A stretch of DNA of 63,522 nt, filler included, from Reclinomonas americana ATCC 50394 (GCA_048213135.1; 11 parts of 11 records of this genome joined end to end with filler, not necessarily neighbours in it); one strand, 5' to 3'; positions 24,600 through 37,928 are shown, numbered from the whole stretch's first letter. Translations and numbers: made by a program. Notes: generated by a model not told the origin, from the letters alone.

Positions 24600-26409
24600 A
24601 TGCGCGCACCAGTGGCACTGCTGCACAGACATGTGCATGTTGCCTCTCTGCTTACCGCACTGCTGCTGCTTGCGCTCCTTGGCACTGCACATGCGACCGC
24701 GACAAGCGATCCATCCTCGCTGCAACGCATCATCGATCGCGTCGACAAGGTCGCACAACGAGTCGACGAGCTGCGAGAACGAGCCACCACTGTGCTCGTG
24801 GAAGCACAAGCTCGTCGTTCTTCTCACGAGCAGGTGTCAACACCATCACCGATCGATCGCGAGGTCTGTCATGCCTCTCTCTCGCTCTCTGTGCGTGTGT
24901 ATACTCAACAGCTGTGGTCAGTCAAAGGAATGCCCGCAGTGCCCCTCGTGCCCCTCCTCGCCAAGCTCACCTCCTTCACCACCTGCATCATGCGATTCAT
25001 TCGCCATTCAACCGCTGCTGGCGAAGCCGGGCAGTGCGCGCAAGTTCTGGTACTTTGTGCCGAGGTCTGTCTCCAAACACTGTGTGCATTCATGGTCCAT
25101 CCTCCGAGCGTTCCCTTGCTGATTGATCGATGATGGTGCACAGAGACGACGGGTTCAACAATCAGGTGTGTCTGTGTGCTTCTTCTCATCGTAGGAATTG
25201 CAGAAACTCGACGTGGTTCGCGCTATTGCCTTGGCGCGACTCACACGGCGCACACTCGTGCTCCCCGAGTTCTCCGAGGAGGTCATGTGGGGAGTGGATC
25301 GCACTCGATTGCAGCCGTGGCCGTTTGCGGACTACTACGATCTCGAGGCGTTGCGCGAGTATGTGGATGTGGTGACGGTGGAGGAGTTTCGCGACGAGTG
25401 CGGCGGGCAGTTGGAGTACTGGGGGTGTGCACCGACATTTGGGTGCGATGAGCCGCGGCTGGCCCGCGTGCAACGCATCAACCTCGGCAGCCACAAGTCG
25501 AAGCTGCCGAACACACTGCCGGCGGTGCTGAAAGCCGTCGTTGATGCACCGCGGTGCGCGGGCGGTCTGCCCGAGACGTCGTCTATGGTGTCGGTGTTGG
25601 GCGAGTATTCCAAGCACACTGTCGACACGCATCAGGGGTTCATGCTTGCTGCTCCTGGTTTCCGCGAAGTGTGGACTCTGTTGCGGCCGAGCGCGGTGGT
25701 GCAGCAGACGATTCAACGCTTCCGCGACGTCTTTGCTCTTCGCGAGGGTCAGTACGACTGCATCCACGTCCGTCGAGGCGACTACAAGGTGTCTCTGTCG
25801 TCGTTTTTGTGGCCGTGTTGACGAGTGATCCCTCATCGCATCCATGATCAGGCTGGCGCCAACTGCAAGTTCCTCTCACCCGCCGAGTGTGCCGTGGCTG
25901 GCCCCAATTCGACCTACCAGCCCGACGACTATCTGATGTCCACCGTGCGCCAGCGACTACTGGACGGTGGAGAGCAGGGCTCGGTGCCACTCCTGATCGC
26001 CTTGCACCACAAGGACGCGGACGATTTGCTGCGCTTGTTCTCCTCGTTGTATCCAAACAATAGGGTTTGTTTGTGCTTGTGTGCACCACTCACTGTGAGC
26101 CGTGAACTGATTCGATGCTTACTGCTGTGTGCAGTTGATCAGCCTGCACAAGCCGCCAAGTCCATACTCGGAACTCGGTGTGTTCGCACGTCCTTCTGCG
26201 CATCCTCGCGCAATGACACTCATTTGCTCACCCACCCACGCACAGACTTTCCGGAGCAGGCCTCACGGAATGACATTCGCGGCTTGGCCGAGCAGCAGTT
26301 GTGCGGCGACGCCCGTCGCTTCATCGGCAACAGGTTCTCCAGCTGGAGCGCACACGTGTTCCTATTACGCGAGGCCAAGTTGTTAGACGACAGCACTTCT
26401 CGCTGGTAG
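24600..26409 (+). CDS. GDP-fucose protein O-fucosyltransferase family protein
   Basis: Signal/anchor, GFNNQ..ALARLTRRTLVLP, YDCIHVRRGDY, EQQLCGDARRFIGNRFSSWS. Confidence 0.8.
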
Positions 26410-26609
26410 TTGGAGCGCACCGCCATGAAAATGTATTACTGTTTGCACATCCGCTGCTGTCTGTGTTGCCGCGTGCGCGACAGCACGTGGCGCCATCCAC
26501 TGGACTCCGCTGCCAGTTCCCACACGGTCCATCTGGCGACCGCGCGTGGTTGCCTTCGAGCGCCCCGCTGTCTCGTGATGCTCGCCCCACCCACCTCGAC
26601 GAATGCCTC

Positions 26610-27535
26610 TCAGCGACGGAGCACACGTCGAGGAGCTGCGGCCGCACCCGACGACGAAGCGCCACTTGCCACTGCCTGACTGGCGTCCTCGTCGCCACCG
26701 CCTGCCGAAATCTGCACAGTCGTACAGTGAGTCGGCGTGCACGCAAACAACTCGGAGGTGAGCTGACAACGCACATCGAGCAGCTTCTCCAACATTTGCG
26801 TCATGATTGGCCGAATCCAGTTCGTCTCCAGCGCCGACAAGTTGTTCACACGCACACTGGTCACTGGCCGATCGAGAGCCTTGAGACCGGTGAGGATCTT
26901 CTCCTGGCGCACATGCTCAATGTCGTGCAGCAGGCTGCGGATCAACGTGTGGTCCTCCAAGCACGAGGGCGCACTGACACACGACTGTTCGTCAGAGAAT
27001 GGGAGTGGAGGAAGAGAAGAGAAGTCGCACAGGCAGACGCACCCGTCGAGCAATGCACGCGCGACCTCTACATAGTGCGGCGGGAGAGCCTCGAACGAGC
27101 TCTCGGAAGTCTTCTCCATGTCGAGCACCTGTTGCATGGAGGCTGCCGCAACTCACAAGTCAACTCTCATTGCATACAGAGACACACAGTCTTGTGCGAA
27201 CGGGCACGCACCAACAGAGAGCCAATCAGGAGGACGAATGGTCGCCTGTGTGAACGAGTGAGCACATGCACAACAACAACAACAACAGCAGCTCGAGACA
27301 CTCTCTCACCTTGTTGACTTTCACCAAGTGCAGAGCCAGCCACAGTGGAACATGAGTGGATCGTGGCGGTTTGAAGGGTCCAAACGTGCCCTGTGTCACA
27401 GGTGTGAACGACAAGATTATGATTTTTCCTCCGCTCTCACTCTCACTCTCACAGACCCCTGTCAACTCCAGCACGCCCACAGGCACCAGAGGCACAATCT
27501 GCACCTCCTCCTCCCCAGCCAGGAACTCCATCTCT
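26610..27535 (-). CDS. GINS2: GINS complex subunit 2 (Psf2), 5' end cut by gap
   Basis: EFLAGEEEVQIVP, GTFGPFKP..VPLWLA, IRPPDWL, LPPHYVEV, IRSLLHDIEHVRQEKI, NNLSALETNWIRP. Confidence 0.93.
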
Positions 27536-27635
27536 NNNNNNNNNNNNNNNNNNNNNNNNNNNNNNNNNNNNNNNNNNNNTTAATTAATTAANNNNNNNNN
27601 NNNNNNNNNNNNNNNNNNNNNNNNNNNNNNNNNNN

Positions 27636-29668
27636 ACTGACAATGGCGCGATCCACGGGACACTCGTTCTTCTGCTGCAGCCACTGGGCGATGCACAGGC
27701 GGTGGAAGCTGTGCGAGCACTGCAGTACTTCCACGTCGTCCTCGTCGGTCAACTCAGTCAAACAGATCGGGCACATGGGTCGCGAGTTTTCTGCGCGGCG
27801 TGTGTGAGTGCAAAAGGTTGCGAATTCGTTGACTGTGCCAAAAGACAAACCCTCCTCAGCCACGGCCGCGTCAGCCTCCGCGGCGTCCACACTGCCTCCC
27901 ATCTCCAACGACAGCTGCAACTTCTCCAGTCGCAGCAGCAAATGATCGCGGTCAACACCCGCCGCACCTGGTCCCTCAACCAGCTGACACTCAATGGCCA
28001 TGACCTCATCTCGCAACCGCTGAAAGTCCATGCGCATGTCATGCTCATCCTGCTGCGCCTGCACCCGTCGTGCTGCGAATCACGCACGGAGCCGATGTCA
28101 GCCTCAGTACACATAATTCAAACACCGACTGTGAGAGGAGTTCTCACCGAAAACCTCGTCGGCCAGCGACGGCGACGGCGACGGTGATTTCGGCTGTGAG
28201 GAGATGAGCGCCTGGATGCGCGCCCTCAGCTCGGCCTGCTCTCGCTTCCTCCGTGGTCGGAACGGTGTGATGCTACGCGACATCGTCAGTGACTACAGTA
28301 CGCGGAGGCACCGTCGTGAAGCGACACGACGCAACTTCAACTGGTGATCGTGAACCCAGATGCTCCGCTGACTAATGGCGCGTTGGTAGCCCTCCACGGA
28401 CGAAAATCCCACCACCTGGGAGAGAGAGAGAGGGGAAGAGGTGAGTGGTGAGTGGCGACTGCGTTGTCGGGAACACGTGCTCCCACTGCAAGCGCACCAT
28501 GAACGGCGTGTCGACCATTTTCCTGGAGGCCGACACAATAGGCCCGAACCGCTTCAGTGCCTTCAGAATGTCGTCACTTCGGATCCCCGCGCAGTTGGCC
28601 ACGTAGATCTACAATGCAGGAGAATGCAGTCAGTGCGAACAGCTGACGATTCAACGGGGCAACAATCAACATACCACTGTCGCAGCTGTGTGTAGCGGAA
28701 GAGAGCAACACAAGTCAGGCATTGCTGTCACGCTTGTGTAGACGACACACACACACAGTAAAAACGCACGAGCTGGTGCATCAGCAGCCGATCCGGCCGC
28801 CGCCGATGCTGCCGCCGCCGATGATGATCCCCTGTCGGCAGCCGCCGACCCTGGACCTGACGATGAAGAGGGCGAGGTTCCGCTTCCAGAACCCGACGCA
28901 CCGCGACCACCACCCACAGCAATCGGCAACGGCAGCAGACCAGAGCCCGACGCCGCCGACCCGTCAACCACAGCCGCCGGAATGACATTGGGCAGGATCG
29001 CCGACGGGTAGACCATACCACTGCCTCCTCCTGACCCTGCTCCCCCTGCACCTGCCCCTGGCACAGCCGACCCCGCTGCTCCTGCTGCTGCACTGCTACC
29101 ACCACCACCACCACTGACAAGAGGCGCACGATGCTGGTCACGAATCACATCCGTCGACGGCTGAAACCGCACACTGCTCACACCGCCATGAGTGACGATC
29201 CCATACACAGACAACCAATGACCGCATTTACACACTTGCGCGACACCTTGCCCGCCGACACTGTCGTTGCGTTGCACGCAGCAATGCACTGCCGCGCTTG
29301 CTCCTCATCCTCAACTACGCGCGTGTGTGTGTGTCAAGGAAGGTCCAAGTCGACAAGTCAAACACTCACAAACGCAACACTCAATCATTGCCCATCGAGA
29401 GCGCCCGTCTCGCGAGGGCGCCAGCAACAGGTTCGTCACGTGACCATACTGCGCAGCAAACTGCACCAGAAGCGCTCTATCCGTCTATGTGTGCGAGAAA
29501 GAGAAGTGTCAGAGAAAGCACGAGAGAAACAGAGGACGACAGTGGCACCTCTCGATGCAACGGGACCACATGCACAGTGCGTCTTCTGCGCTCGTCATCA
29601 GAGGGAGATGCGGCAGAGGGATGCCGCGCTGGGCGACGAGGAGGGTGCCCTCCTCTCTCTCCACTCAT
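27636..29668 (-). CDS. RRM-RRM + C-terminal RING-H2 E3 ligase-like protein (3' end at gap)
   Basis: RRM1 TVHVVPL..FAAQYGHVTNL..RWAMIEFEDEEQARQCI; RRM2 IYVANC..LKRFGPI..VVGFSSVEGYQRA; RING CPIC..LQCSHSFHRLCIAQWLQQKNECPVDR. Confidence 0.75.
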
Positions 29669-29734
29669 TGCACACTGGTGAAATGGTCGGTGAAATCGCG
29701 CACTCTCTTTCTTTGTGGATCCGAGGAGCGCAGC

Positions 29735-32501
29735 ATGCAGGCCTTTGATGCACTGCATCCGAGTCTCGATTACTATGAGACACAGCAGCGACGGAAGCGG
29801 TTTGCATGCTCACTCCTGTGTCACTTTGTGCGTGTGCCTCTTGCCTCACTCTTGTGTGTGTGTGTGTGTGTGCGTGTGCGTGCAGGTCACCGCAAGTGTT
29901 CAACCCGCTGGTCGCGCTCACATGCACCGCCACTACCTTCTTTGCAGCGTTGCATTCCACCGGAGCCAGCAGGCGTGTTGTCTTTTTTTTTTTTTTGTCA
30001 AAGTGCTGCGCGTGCTCTCACTCTCACAGCTCCTGATGCAGCAGCAACAGTGCTGGTTCATTAGCGCATCGGCATGCACTGAGCGATGAGATGCTGAAGT
30101 GGTTGAGTGAGCGTCGATGGAATGCGCAGCGTGGCGAGTGGGAGACGCAGTTGCCGATGCCGATTGTGCATGGTCGGCGACACTTACCGCTTCTGTATGG
30201 GCGCTATGAGTTGCTCGGGGCACTGGGAGAGGTTCCGTGTCGTGCTGCGAGGAGGGAGGAAGGCGGGCGAGTTGTTCCGACCGTTTGCATGAATTTGACG
30301 ATGCAGGGTGCGTTCTCGTTCATCTTCAAGGCTCGCGACCTGGCGGCTGTTAATAAGATGCCGCGTTGTGTGGCCATCAAGGTGCGTGGTGTAAGTGGAG
30401 AACACCGAGCTTTGCGTTCTTGTTTTTGTTGAGCTGGGCACGGTGCAGATCATGAAGCCGGGCGACGATGCAATTGGTGTGGACGAAGCCGATGTGATTC
30501 GCAGGTTGCACCGCGATGCCGACGGCGCCGACATTAATGTGGTGCGTGTGCGGCGGACGTTTTGGGTCGATGGGAGATACTGCATCGGTGAGTGTGCAAG
30601 TGCAGGTGTGCGATCGCTGCAGTGCTCAGTCGTTGCTGATCGCGTGGCAGTGTTTGAGTTGCTGCAAGAAACGCTCTTGTCGTACTACCGCAGCATACCT
30701 GCACGATCCATTCCCATTGCCACGCTGAAAAAGATCGCTCTGCAAATGATGTGTGCGCTGGAGCTGTTGAGACAACACACGATGGTGCGTTGGATGTTCT
30801 GCTTTGTATGCCAGCAGCACACTGACGAGCCGCACTGTAGTTGCATGCCGACCTCAAGCCGGAGAACGTGCTGTTCAGTCGCAATGACAGTGCCGACGAT
30901 GGGGGCAGCGGCAGCGGCGACGGTTCGCAATCGGCTCGCATCAAGATTGCCGACTTTGGAAACAGCTTTCGCTTGGACACGCGGTCGTTGTACTATGAGG
31001 ATTTCCAGGTGCAGAGCCTCTTCTATCGAGCCCCCGAGGTGCAGTTGTAGTTGTTGTTGGAGAGATGTTGGTGGTCGTGTCGTTGTTTCTCACCTCTGCG
31101 ATCAGGTGCTGTTGGGGTGTGATTTCGGTTATCCGATTGACATGTGGAGCGTCGGCTGCATTCTGTGCGAGCTGTACTTGACGGAGCCACTGTTCCGGTG
31201 TGCCACACCCACGGCCATGTACTTGCAGCTGAGCAAGTATTATGGCCGCAACTTTGCACGGCGACACTTTGCCAGTGGCGTGTATTACCGTTCCTACGTG
31301 CCATCGATCATGGACGCTCAGGGACCGCCAAAGTTGCGTGCGCCGAGACTGGTTTGTTTTCCGAGCTGTGCACGACGGCACTTTGCTCACTTTTTGTGTG
31401 CGTGTGACAGGCCGCTGAGCCGTGCGGAGGAAGTGGGGCAGACCATTGCGACGTACAGTGAGATACTGGACTCGGGCGATCATCAGTTTGTCAGGTTTGT
31501 TTGCTGTGGAGGCGATGCGTCCATCCCCGTGCATGACCGTGCCCGACTGCTTGCGCGCAGTTTCATCGCTGGCCTGATGATGGTCAACCCGAATGCTCGT
31601 CTGACACCGTTGGAGGTTTTGTTTCTTCACCCCGGCCAGTCTCACAATATTCTGACCTCTCCTTGGTTTGCAGGCCCTGCGTCATCCTTTCCTGTCTTCC
31701 CTCTGCCCGTTCAGACTGCTTGTCCCATCACCCGGGCAGCCCAGTGTGCTCGAGCATGTCGGAAACCGACTGTCGGGTCCGTGCGCCGTGCTGGGCCGAG
31801 CGGCGTCATCGTCGTCGCAGGAGTCAGCGGCCGGAGGGTGAGCTCGCCACTGCCACTTGTGTTTCGTGCTTTGTCGATTGCACTCAGTTTATGTGTCCCG
31901 CAGTCCACACTTGTTGTCACCACTGTCACCACTCGGATTGTCATCCTCGTTATCGTCTGCGTCGTCTTCGTCGTCGTCGGGCGCATCGCTGCGCAGGTGC
32001 GTGAGTCCGTTTATTGTTCTTGACGAGTGCGACATCTTCTCACGCGCATTCGGCAGCGTCGTGGATTCGTTTCCTCCGGCACCAGCAATACCGAGACCTG
32101 GGCTACCGCATGTTGGCAACGGAATGGATGAGGATGGAGAGGAGGAAGACGAAGAAGTGGTGGAACTGCCCGTCAGTCGCCCAGCAGGAGCATCCGCCGC
32201 TGCAGCCGCTGCAGCAATGCTCAGCCGTTCACCGCAAGCTGGACCTTCGTCCTCGTCACCACCACCACCACCACCACCACCACCACCACCACCACCACCA
32301 CCACCACCACCACCACCACCACCGGCTGCACCACTAAGCGCCGCCGCCTCGGCTCACGAGCGTTTCGCCAAGAGCGCAGTCGCTCGCATGATCGCCACAA
32401 GTCAGCAGTCGCACCAGCGAACGGCGCACGAGGCGGGACTGCCTGACCCGATACCACACAAGCGACCTGCGCACGAGTCGCAAGTGAGGAGCTCCAGCTA
32501 A
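29735..32501 (+). CDS. DYRK/HIPK-related CMGC protein kinase with low-complexity poly-Pro tail
   Basis: YELLGALGEGAFS, VAIK, VFELL, HADLKPENVL, KIADFG, QSLFYRAPEVLLG..IDMWSVGCILCEL; start exons inferred. Confidence 0.85.
32258..32322 (+). repeat. (CCA)n coding microsatellite (poly-Pro)
   Basis: Perfect trinucleotide run in the kinase last exon. Confidence 0.9.
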
Positions 32502-32544
32502 CGACACACTCCAATGAAATCCTTGCCAATCAAGCAAGCGTTGC

Positions 32545-33570
32545 ATGTCCCGTCGTCGGTATTTATTCAACCAATCGCACTGATAGAGAAAATGAGAACA
32601 TCGCTCGTGCCCTCTGACAGTGACTCGCACGAGTGCTACGCATGCGGTCGCCCATTTCACTTGCCATGTGAGTGAGATGACAGTCGCTCCGCACCCCCTC
32701 CATCGCCTCATCACTGCACACAGGCGCATCGTGCGAGTTTGAGTCCAGCACAGGGCCCTGCGTGCTGGTCACTGGCGACTGTGGTCACTGGTACGACTTG
32801 TACACTACGCATGCGCTGTCTTTTTCTCTCACTCTCTCGTGCAGTTTCCACGCGCATTGCATCGAAAATCAGCAGTTGTCTGCATCACGATCGCATCACT
32901 TCATGTGCCCGCTGCACGACACCGGTACGCGACCGGCGCTCTGTGTGTGAGAGGGAGGAGACATGTCACTTGACTGTGCGTGTGTGTTTGTGCAGCGGTC
33001 GAGTGGCACGAGGTGGAGCGGTCTCCGTTGCGAGCGGCACCTCCGCGACTTGTCGGCGGCAGCAGATTCGAACAGAGGCCGACTTCCGCACCGCCCATGC
33101 GGACAGAGGGCATTCCCACCGTGTGCCTCATCTGCCACACTCATTTGCTGGATCACTGTGCGTGAGGAGGAGGAGGAGGCAGAGGGAGAAGAGATCTGGA
33201 TCTGTGTCTGTATCGTCTTCTGATTTCGTTGCCATGTGCAGGCACTATGTGCAAGCGCGATCCGGCATTGGCACACTTGTGTTCCGTGGCCAATGGCGAG
33301 TGTGGTCACTGGTTTCATGCACACTGTATCGAGTCGCACACCACATGTCCACTCGATGGTTCGTCGCCTCTCTGTGCCTTCACGGTGATGGTGGATTAGG
33401 ATCCTCACCAATCCTGTTGTGCAGGCCGTCAGTGGACTGAGTGCATTCAACCTCGCGACACGCTGCTGAATGATGACGACGACGACGACGATGATGATGA
33501 TGATATCTACTGTAGAGTACCAATGGCGCCACCGCCCCCCATCGACGATGACTTGATCGGCGACTTGTAA
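32545..33570 (+). CDS. Protein with two tandem RBX1/APC11-type RING-H2 domains and an acidic tail
   Basis: Spliced: CYACGRPFHLPCASC..PCVLVTGDCGHCFHAHCIE..CPLH..W and CLICHTHLLDHCTMC..LCSVANGECGHWFHAHCIESHTTCPLDGRQW. Confidence 0.75.
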
Positions 33571-33690
33571 ACCAGCAACGAAGAAAAAGCACAGTGCAAC
33601 CACACTCTATATTCGTCTGGCTGGACACCACATAACAAGCGGGGGGGTGAAGGGAAAAAACACAGATTGCTGGCTGATGGCAAAAGGGCA

Positions 33691-35589
33691 CTACTCGTCC
33701 TTGACGGCCTTCTTGCTGCCGCCAAACACGGCCGACTTGATGAGCCTGCCCACGGCACGCACACGCGACCAGAACGAGCGAGCATACACGGCAATAATGC
33801 CCTCCGACACAATCTCCGTCGCATTGCTGGGAGTTGGGTAGAGCATAATACCGGGCATGGGGATGCGAATGGGGAAGCGATCCGACACGCACGACTGTGC
33901 AGGCGAGCAGTGAGCGATCCATGAGCGTTGTGTGCTTCTNNNNNNNNNNNNNNNNNNNNNNNNNNNNNNNNNNNNNNNNNNNNTTAATTAATTAANNNNN
34001 NNNNNNNNNNNNNNNNNNNNNNNNNNNNNNNNNNNNNNNCTGTCGGTCCCTGGCGCATCTTCTTGGTCTTCTCGGCCACCTCCTCAATGAAGCGGTCGTA
34101 CACTGTGTCCTGCACGTAGATACTACCAAGGCCACTACCGCATTAGCCATGTGACCGCAGCGTGTGGAACCAGGGCACGATGCTCACCGTTCTGCCGCCA
34201 GACAGTTCTGACCGCAGTTGGTGAACACGCCGCGCATCACGTAGCCCATGACCTGCGTCCAGTCGCAGTCGTCGCACACAATGAAGGGGTCCTTGCCACC
34301 CAGCTCCAGCACCACGTCGGTGAGATTGTCGGCGGCGGCCTTCATCACGCGCTTGCCGTTCTCGGGGGAGCCAATGAACAGAATCTTCTCCACACCGGAG
34401 CGCACCAGTGCCTCGCCCGTCACACCGTCGCTGCACGCAACACAAAGAGTGAGAAGTTGGCAGAGGAAAGAAAGAAAGAGAGAGCACGTACGAACCCGAG
34501 CAGCAGCTGCACGAGTTCGGCGTCGTGGCCATTGCGATGCAGCGCATCTTGAATGAAGCTGAAGAAGACACGCGCCGACCATGCTGCGTACTCTGACGCC
34601 TGTGGATGCAAATGCACACGGGTGAGCCAGTGGTCTCTTGATAAGCATCCCAGCGTGGCGACACCAGACCTTGACGCACACGCCGTTGCCGGCGAACAGC
34701 GCCGACACCAGCGGTCCGTAGATGTTGTGGAAGGGATAGTTCCACGGAATAATGGTGCCAATCACACCCAGCGGGTGGTACTCGACCCACGCCTTCTTGG
34801 TGACCAGCATCAGCGGCACAGCGCGAGGCTCCGGCTGCAGCGCCTGCTCGCCATGCGCAATCGTGTGACGCAGCTTCTCGCACGTAGTGATGATCTCGCC
34901 CCACTGAGCCTCCAGCACTGCACCAATCGTCACCACACTGCGCGCAGTGCATTCACACGCAATGCGCACGCATGCACGCAACTCGTCTTGCCAGTGTCCC
35001 GACACGACATCTCACAGATTTCCTCCTGACGCTCGACAATCGCCTCCAGCAGATCCGACAGCACCGCACGACGCTGGTCGAACGTCGTCTGTGCCCACTC
35101 ACGCTGCGCGTGACGAGAGCGTGCCACTGCAGCTTCCACCTGTGCGCACACAGTGAGACATCGCACGCACACACACTGCTGCCCCCGCGTGTGCATCTCA
35201 CCTCCTCCTTGGTCATGCACTGCACCGGCGGCCCGAGGCTCTCACCAGTAGCCGGGTTGGTGCATGTCAGTGTCTGCGTGCGGGGGAGAGAGCGAGAGTG
35301 AGGTGCGGGCATGGTGACATGTGCAGAGTGTGAGAAGTCAGCGAAAAAAGAGCGCGACGCTGCAGCTGAGGAGAGAGAGAGAGAGTGTGTGCTGCGTGGA
35401 CGACAGAAGAGCGAGAGATGTGCAGGAGTGCGCGTGTGTGTGTGCGTGTGTGTGCAAGGCGACGATCATGCGTCTTTCGATCGCTGTCACGTGACTGCGC
35501 GATCGAGAAAGGAGTGTGCATCGAGCGCAAAAGTCGACGCCTACAGCTCTTCCACGTGCGCAACGGCCGTGGGAAACAGGGGGAACGCG
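33691..35589 (-). CDS. Aldehyde dehydrogenase, ALDH22A1/Msc7-like; spans a gap, partial
   Basis: NPATGESLG, DTGKTMLEAQWGEIITTCEK, PLGVIGTIIPWNYPFHN, FIGS, LELGGKDP, NCGQNCLAAER; last exon DRFPIRIPMPGIMLYP at 33691-33890. Confidence 0.88.
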
Positions 35590-35769
35590 NNNNNNNNNNN
35601 NNNNNNNNNNNNNNNNNNNNNNNNNNNNNNNNNTTAATTAATTAANNNNNNNNNNNNNNNNNNNNNNNNNNNNNNNNNNNNNNNNNNNNTTTCGATTTGA
35701 TCCGATGTCTAAACACGGCAAGTAGTGTGCGTCCAGTTGAGGTACTCGTCGATCGCTTGGACCAGTCAA

Positions 35770-35805
<36 letters not shown>

Positions 35806-35825
35806 ACACACACACACACGCCACT

Positions 35826-36536
35826 ATGAGCGAGGGATCATCATCTGCAGCGCCGATGGAGGTGGAGACGGTGGCCGACCGCATTCGTCAGCAGGTGAGT
35901 GTGTGGCGATGACGAGCGTGGCACGTGCACATGCAGATGTCGCGTCCGCGTGCCCTGTTTGTTTTTTTCCTTGTCTCTTCTCCGCGCGGTGTTGCATGTG
36001 TCCATGGGCACTCTTTTCGCATGTGCATTATGTGCGCGTGTTATTGTGTGATTTTGTGCGTGTGTTCCTGTTCATGTGAGCGACATCACCCACCCACTCT
36101 CTCTGTCTCTCGCCCAGATCGAGTTCTACTTTTCCGACTCCAACATCCTCACCGATCGCCACATGCGGCAAAAGATGAGCGAGGATCCGAATGGACGTTG
36201 CGTTTCCTTGGCTTGCCTTGTGTCATGCATGACAAGGCGACTGACTTGCTGTGATAGGCGTGGAGATTGCACACATTGCCTCGTTCAACCGTGTCAAGCA
36301 GATCTCGACCGACCTGGCGGAGGTTGTCGATGCGCTCCGTGCGAGCTCGGAGCTGGTCGTCGATGAGGAAGGTGAGGAGGATGAGAGAGAAAGACAGTTC
36401 CCTTCAGTCAGACAGAAGAGAGAAAGGGAAAGCAGATAACACTGTATGAGGCTCGACTCGGCGAGATTGAAACGCACTTCGTGCGGCACCACTCGAAGAA
36501 ACGCTGCAAGCATTCGAGCATCTGGTGTGCTGATCA

Positions 36537-36568
<32 letters not shown>

Positions 36569-37730
36569 GGCAAGATGGTCGGCCGTCGCAACCCGCTGCC
36601 GGAGAAGTCTGACTCGTTCGAGCGCACCGTATACGCCAAGGGATTGCCGGCGGAGACCACGATTGATTCGGTGCAGGGTGTGTTCAAGCCGCACGGCAAG
36701 GTGCTGTGCGTTCGGCTACGACGCGATCGCGCCAAGAAGTTCAAGGTGTGTGTCCATGTTTTTTTCCGCCCCGGTGCCGTGCGATGCACTGACGGCTGGC
36801 TGGTCGAGCAGGGATCAGTGTTTGTCGAGTTCGAGAGCAAGGAGGTGGCGGAGCGTGTGGCTGCCAGCGACATCGAGGTCGACGGCAAGAAGCTCACTCT
36901 GCACATGAAGTGCGTGCATGCGTAATTCTCTGTCCTCGATTTCGCCTGCTCATTGTTTTGTGGTTGCAGGCCCGCATACGTGGCCATGAAGAACGAGGAG
37001 CGGCAACAGCGCAAGGTCGCCAAGAAGGGCGGCGAGGCGTCGGGCAGCAATGGCGCCTCGGCGGCTTCGGGCTCGGGCGCGGGAGGCAGCAGCGAGGGAT
37101 ACGCCAAGGGCTCGCTGCTGAAGCTGTACGGCCTGGGTGGTGTCGATCGCACCGTTGTCAAGACCGCGTTGGCGCAATTCGGCACCGTGGCCTTTGTGGA
37201 GGAGGGCGAGGAGGGTGAGGGCGAGGAGAAGAAGGCGTTTGTGATTGCCCGCTTCCAGACACCCGACGAGTGCAGCTTTGCATTGTCGGTGTGTTGTCCC
37301 CCGAAATGCATGACCACTCGTTTCGCTCGCTCACTCACTCGTTCGTGGTGTCGCAGGAAATCGAGCGTGAGGGACCGGAAATCGGCGGCCACAAGCCCGT
37401 CAACATGTCGGTGGTGGAGGGCGCCGAGGAGGAGGAGTACTGGAACCGTGTGAAGGCCGCGCAGCAGGCCAAGCACGAGCGCGGTGGCAACCGTGGTGGT
37501 GAGTGAGCCCTATGTTGTAGTAGCACTGGCGGGGCAGTAGCTGAGCAAAAAGAGGCACAGGTCGCGGCGGTCGTGGTCGTGGAGGCCGCGGTGGTCGCGG
37601 TGGCCGTGGTGGCCGCGGCGGTGGCGCCGGACGTGGCAAGAAGCGCTCGCGCGACGAGGGCGCCACGGAGGACGAGCCACCACAAAAGGTGCAGAAGACA
37701 GCAGCAGCAGCCGCCGGCGGCGACGAGTAA
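35826..37730 (+). CDS. SSB: La autoantigen homolog (La motif, RRM1, RRM2, RGG-rich tail)
   Basis: IRQQIEFYFSDSNILTD, IASFNRVK, RTVYAKGLP, KFKGSVFVEF, EEEEYW. Confidence 0.9.
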
Positions 37731-37928
37731 TCTCGACAAAAGCGTCGGAAGGGGCAACTGCGGTACATTGGAATGAAACAACGATCGACGAACTAAGTCA
37801 CAGACGCACACACACGCGACTTGTTGCTTGTTCAGGCGCAGACACGAGCAGTGGGAGAGAGAGAGAGACAACAGAGCGCAGAGACAGAGCAGACAGACAC
37901 AGAGACAAAGGGGTTTCCCTCGCAACAA

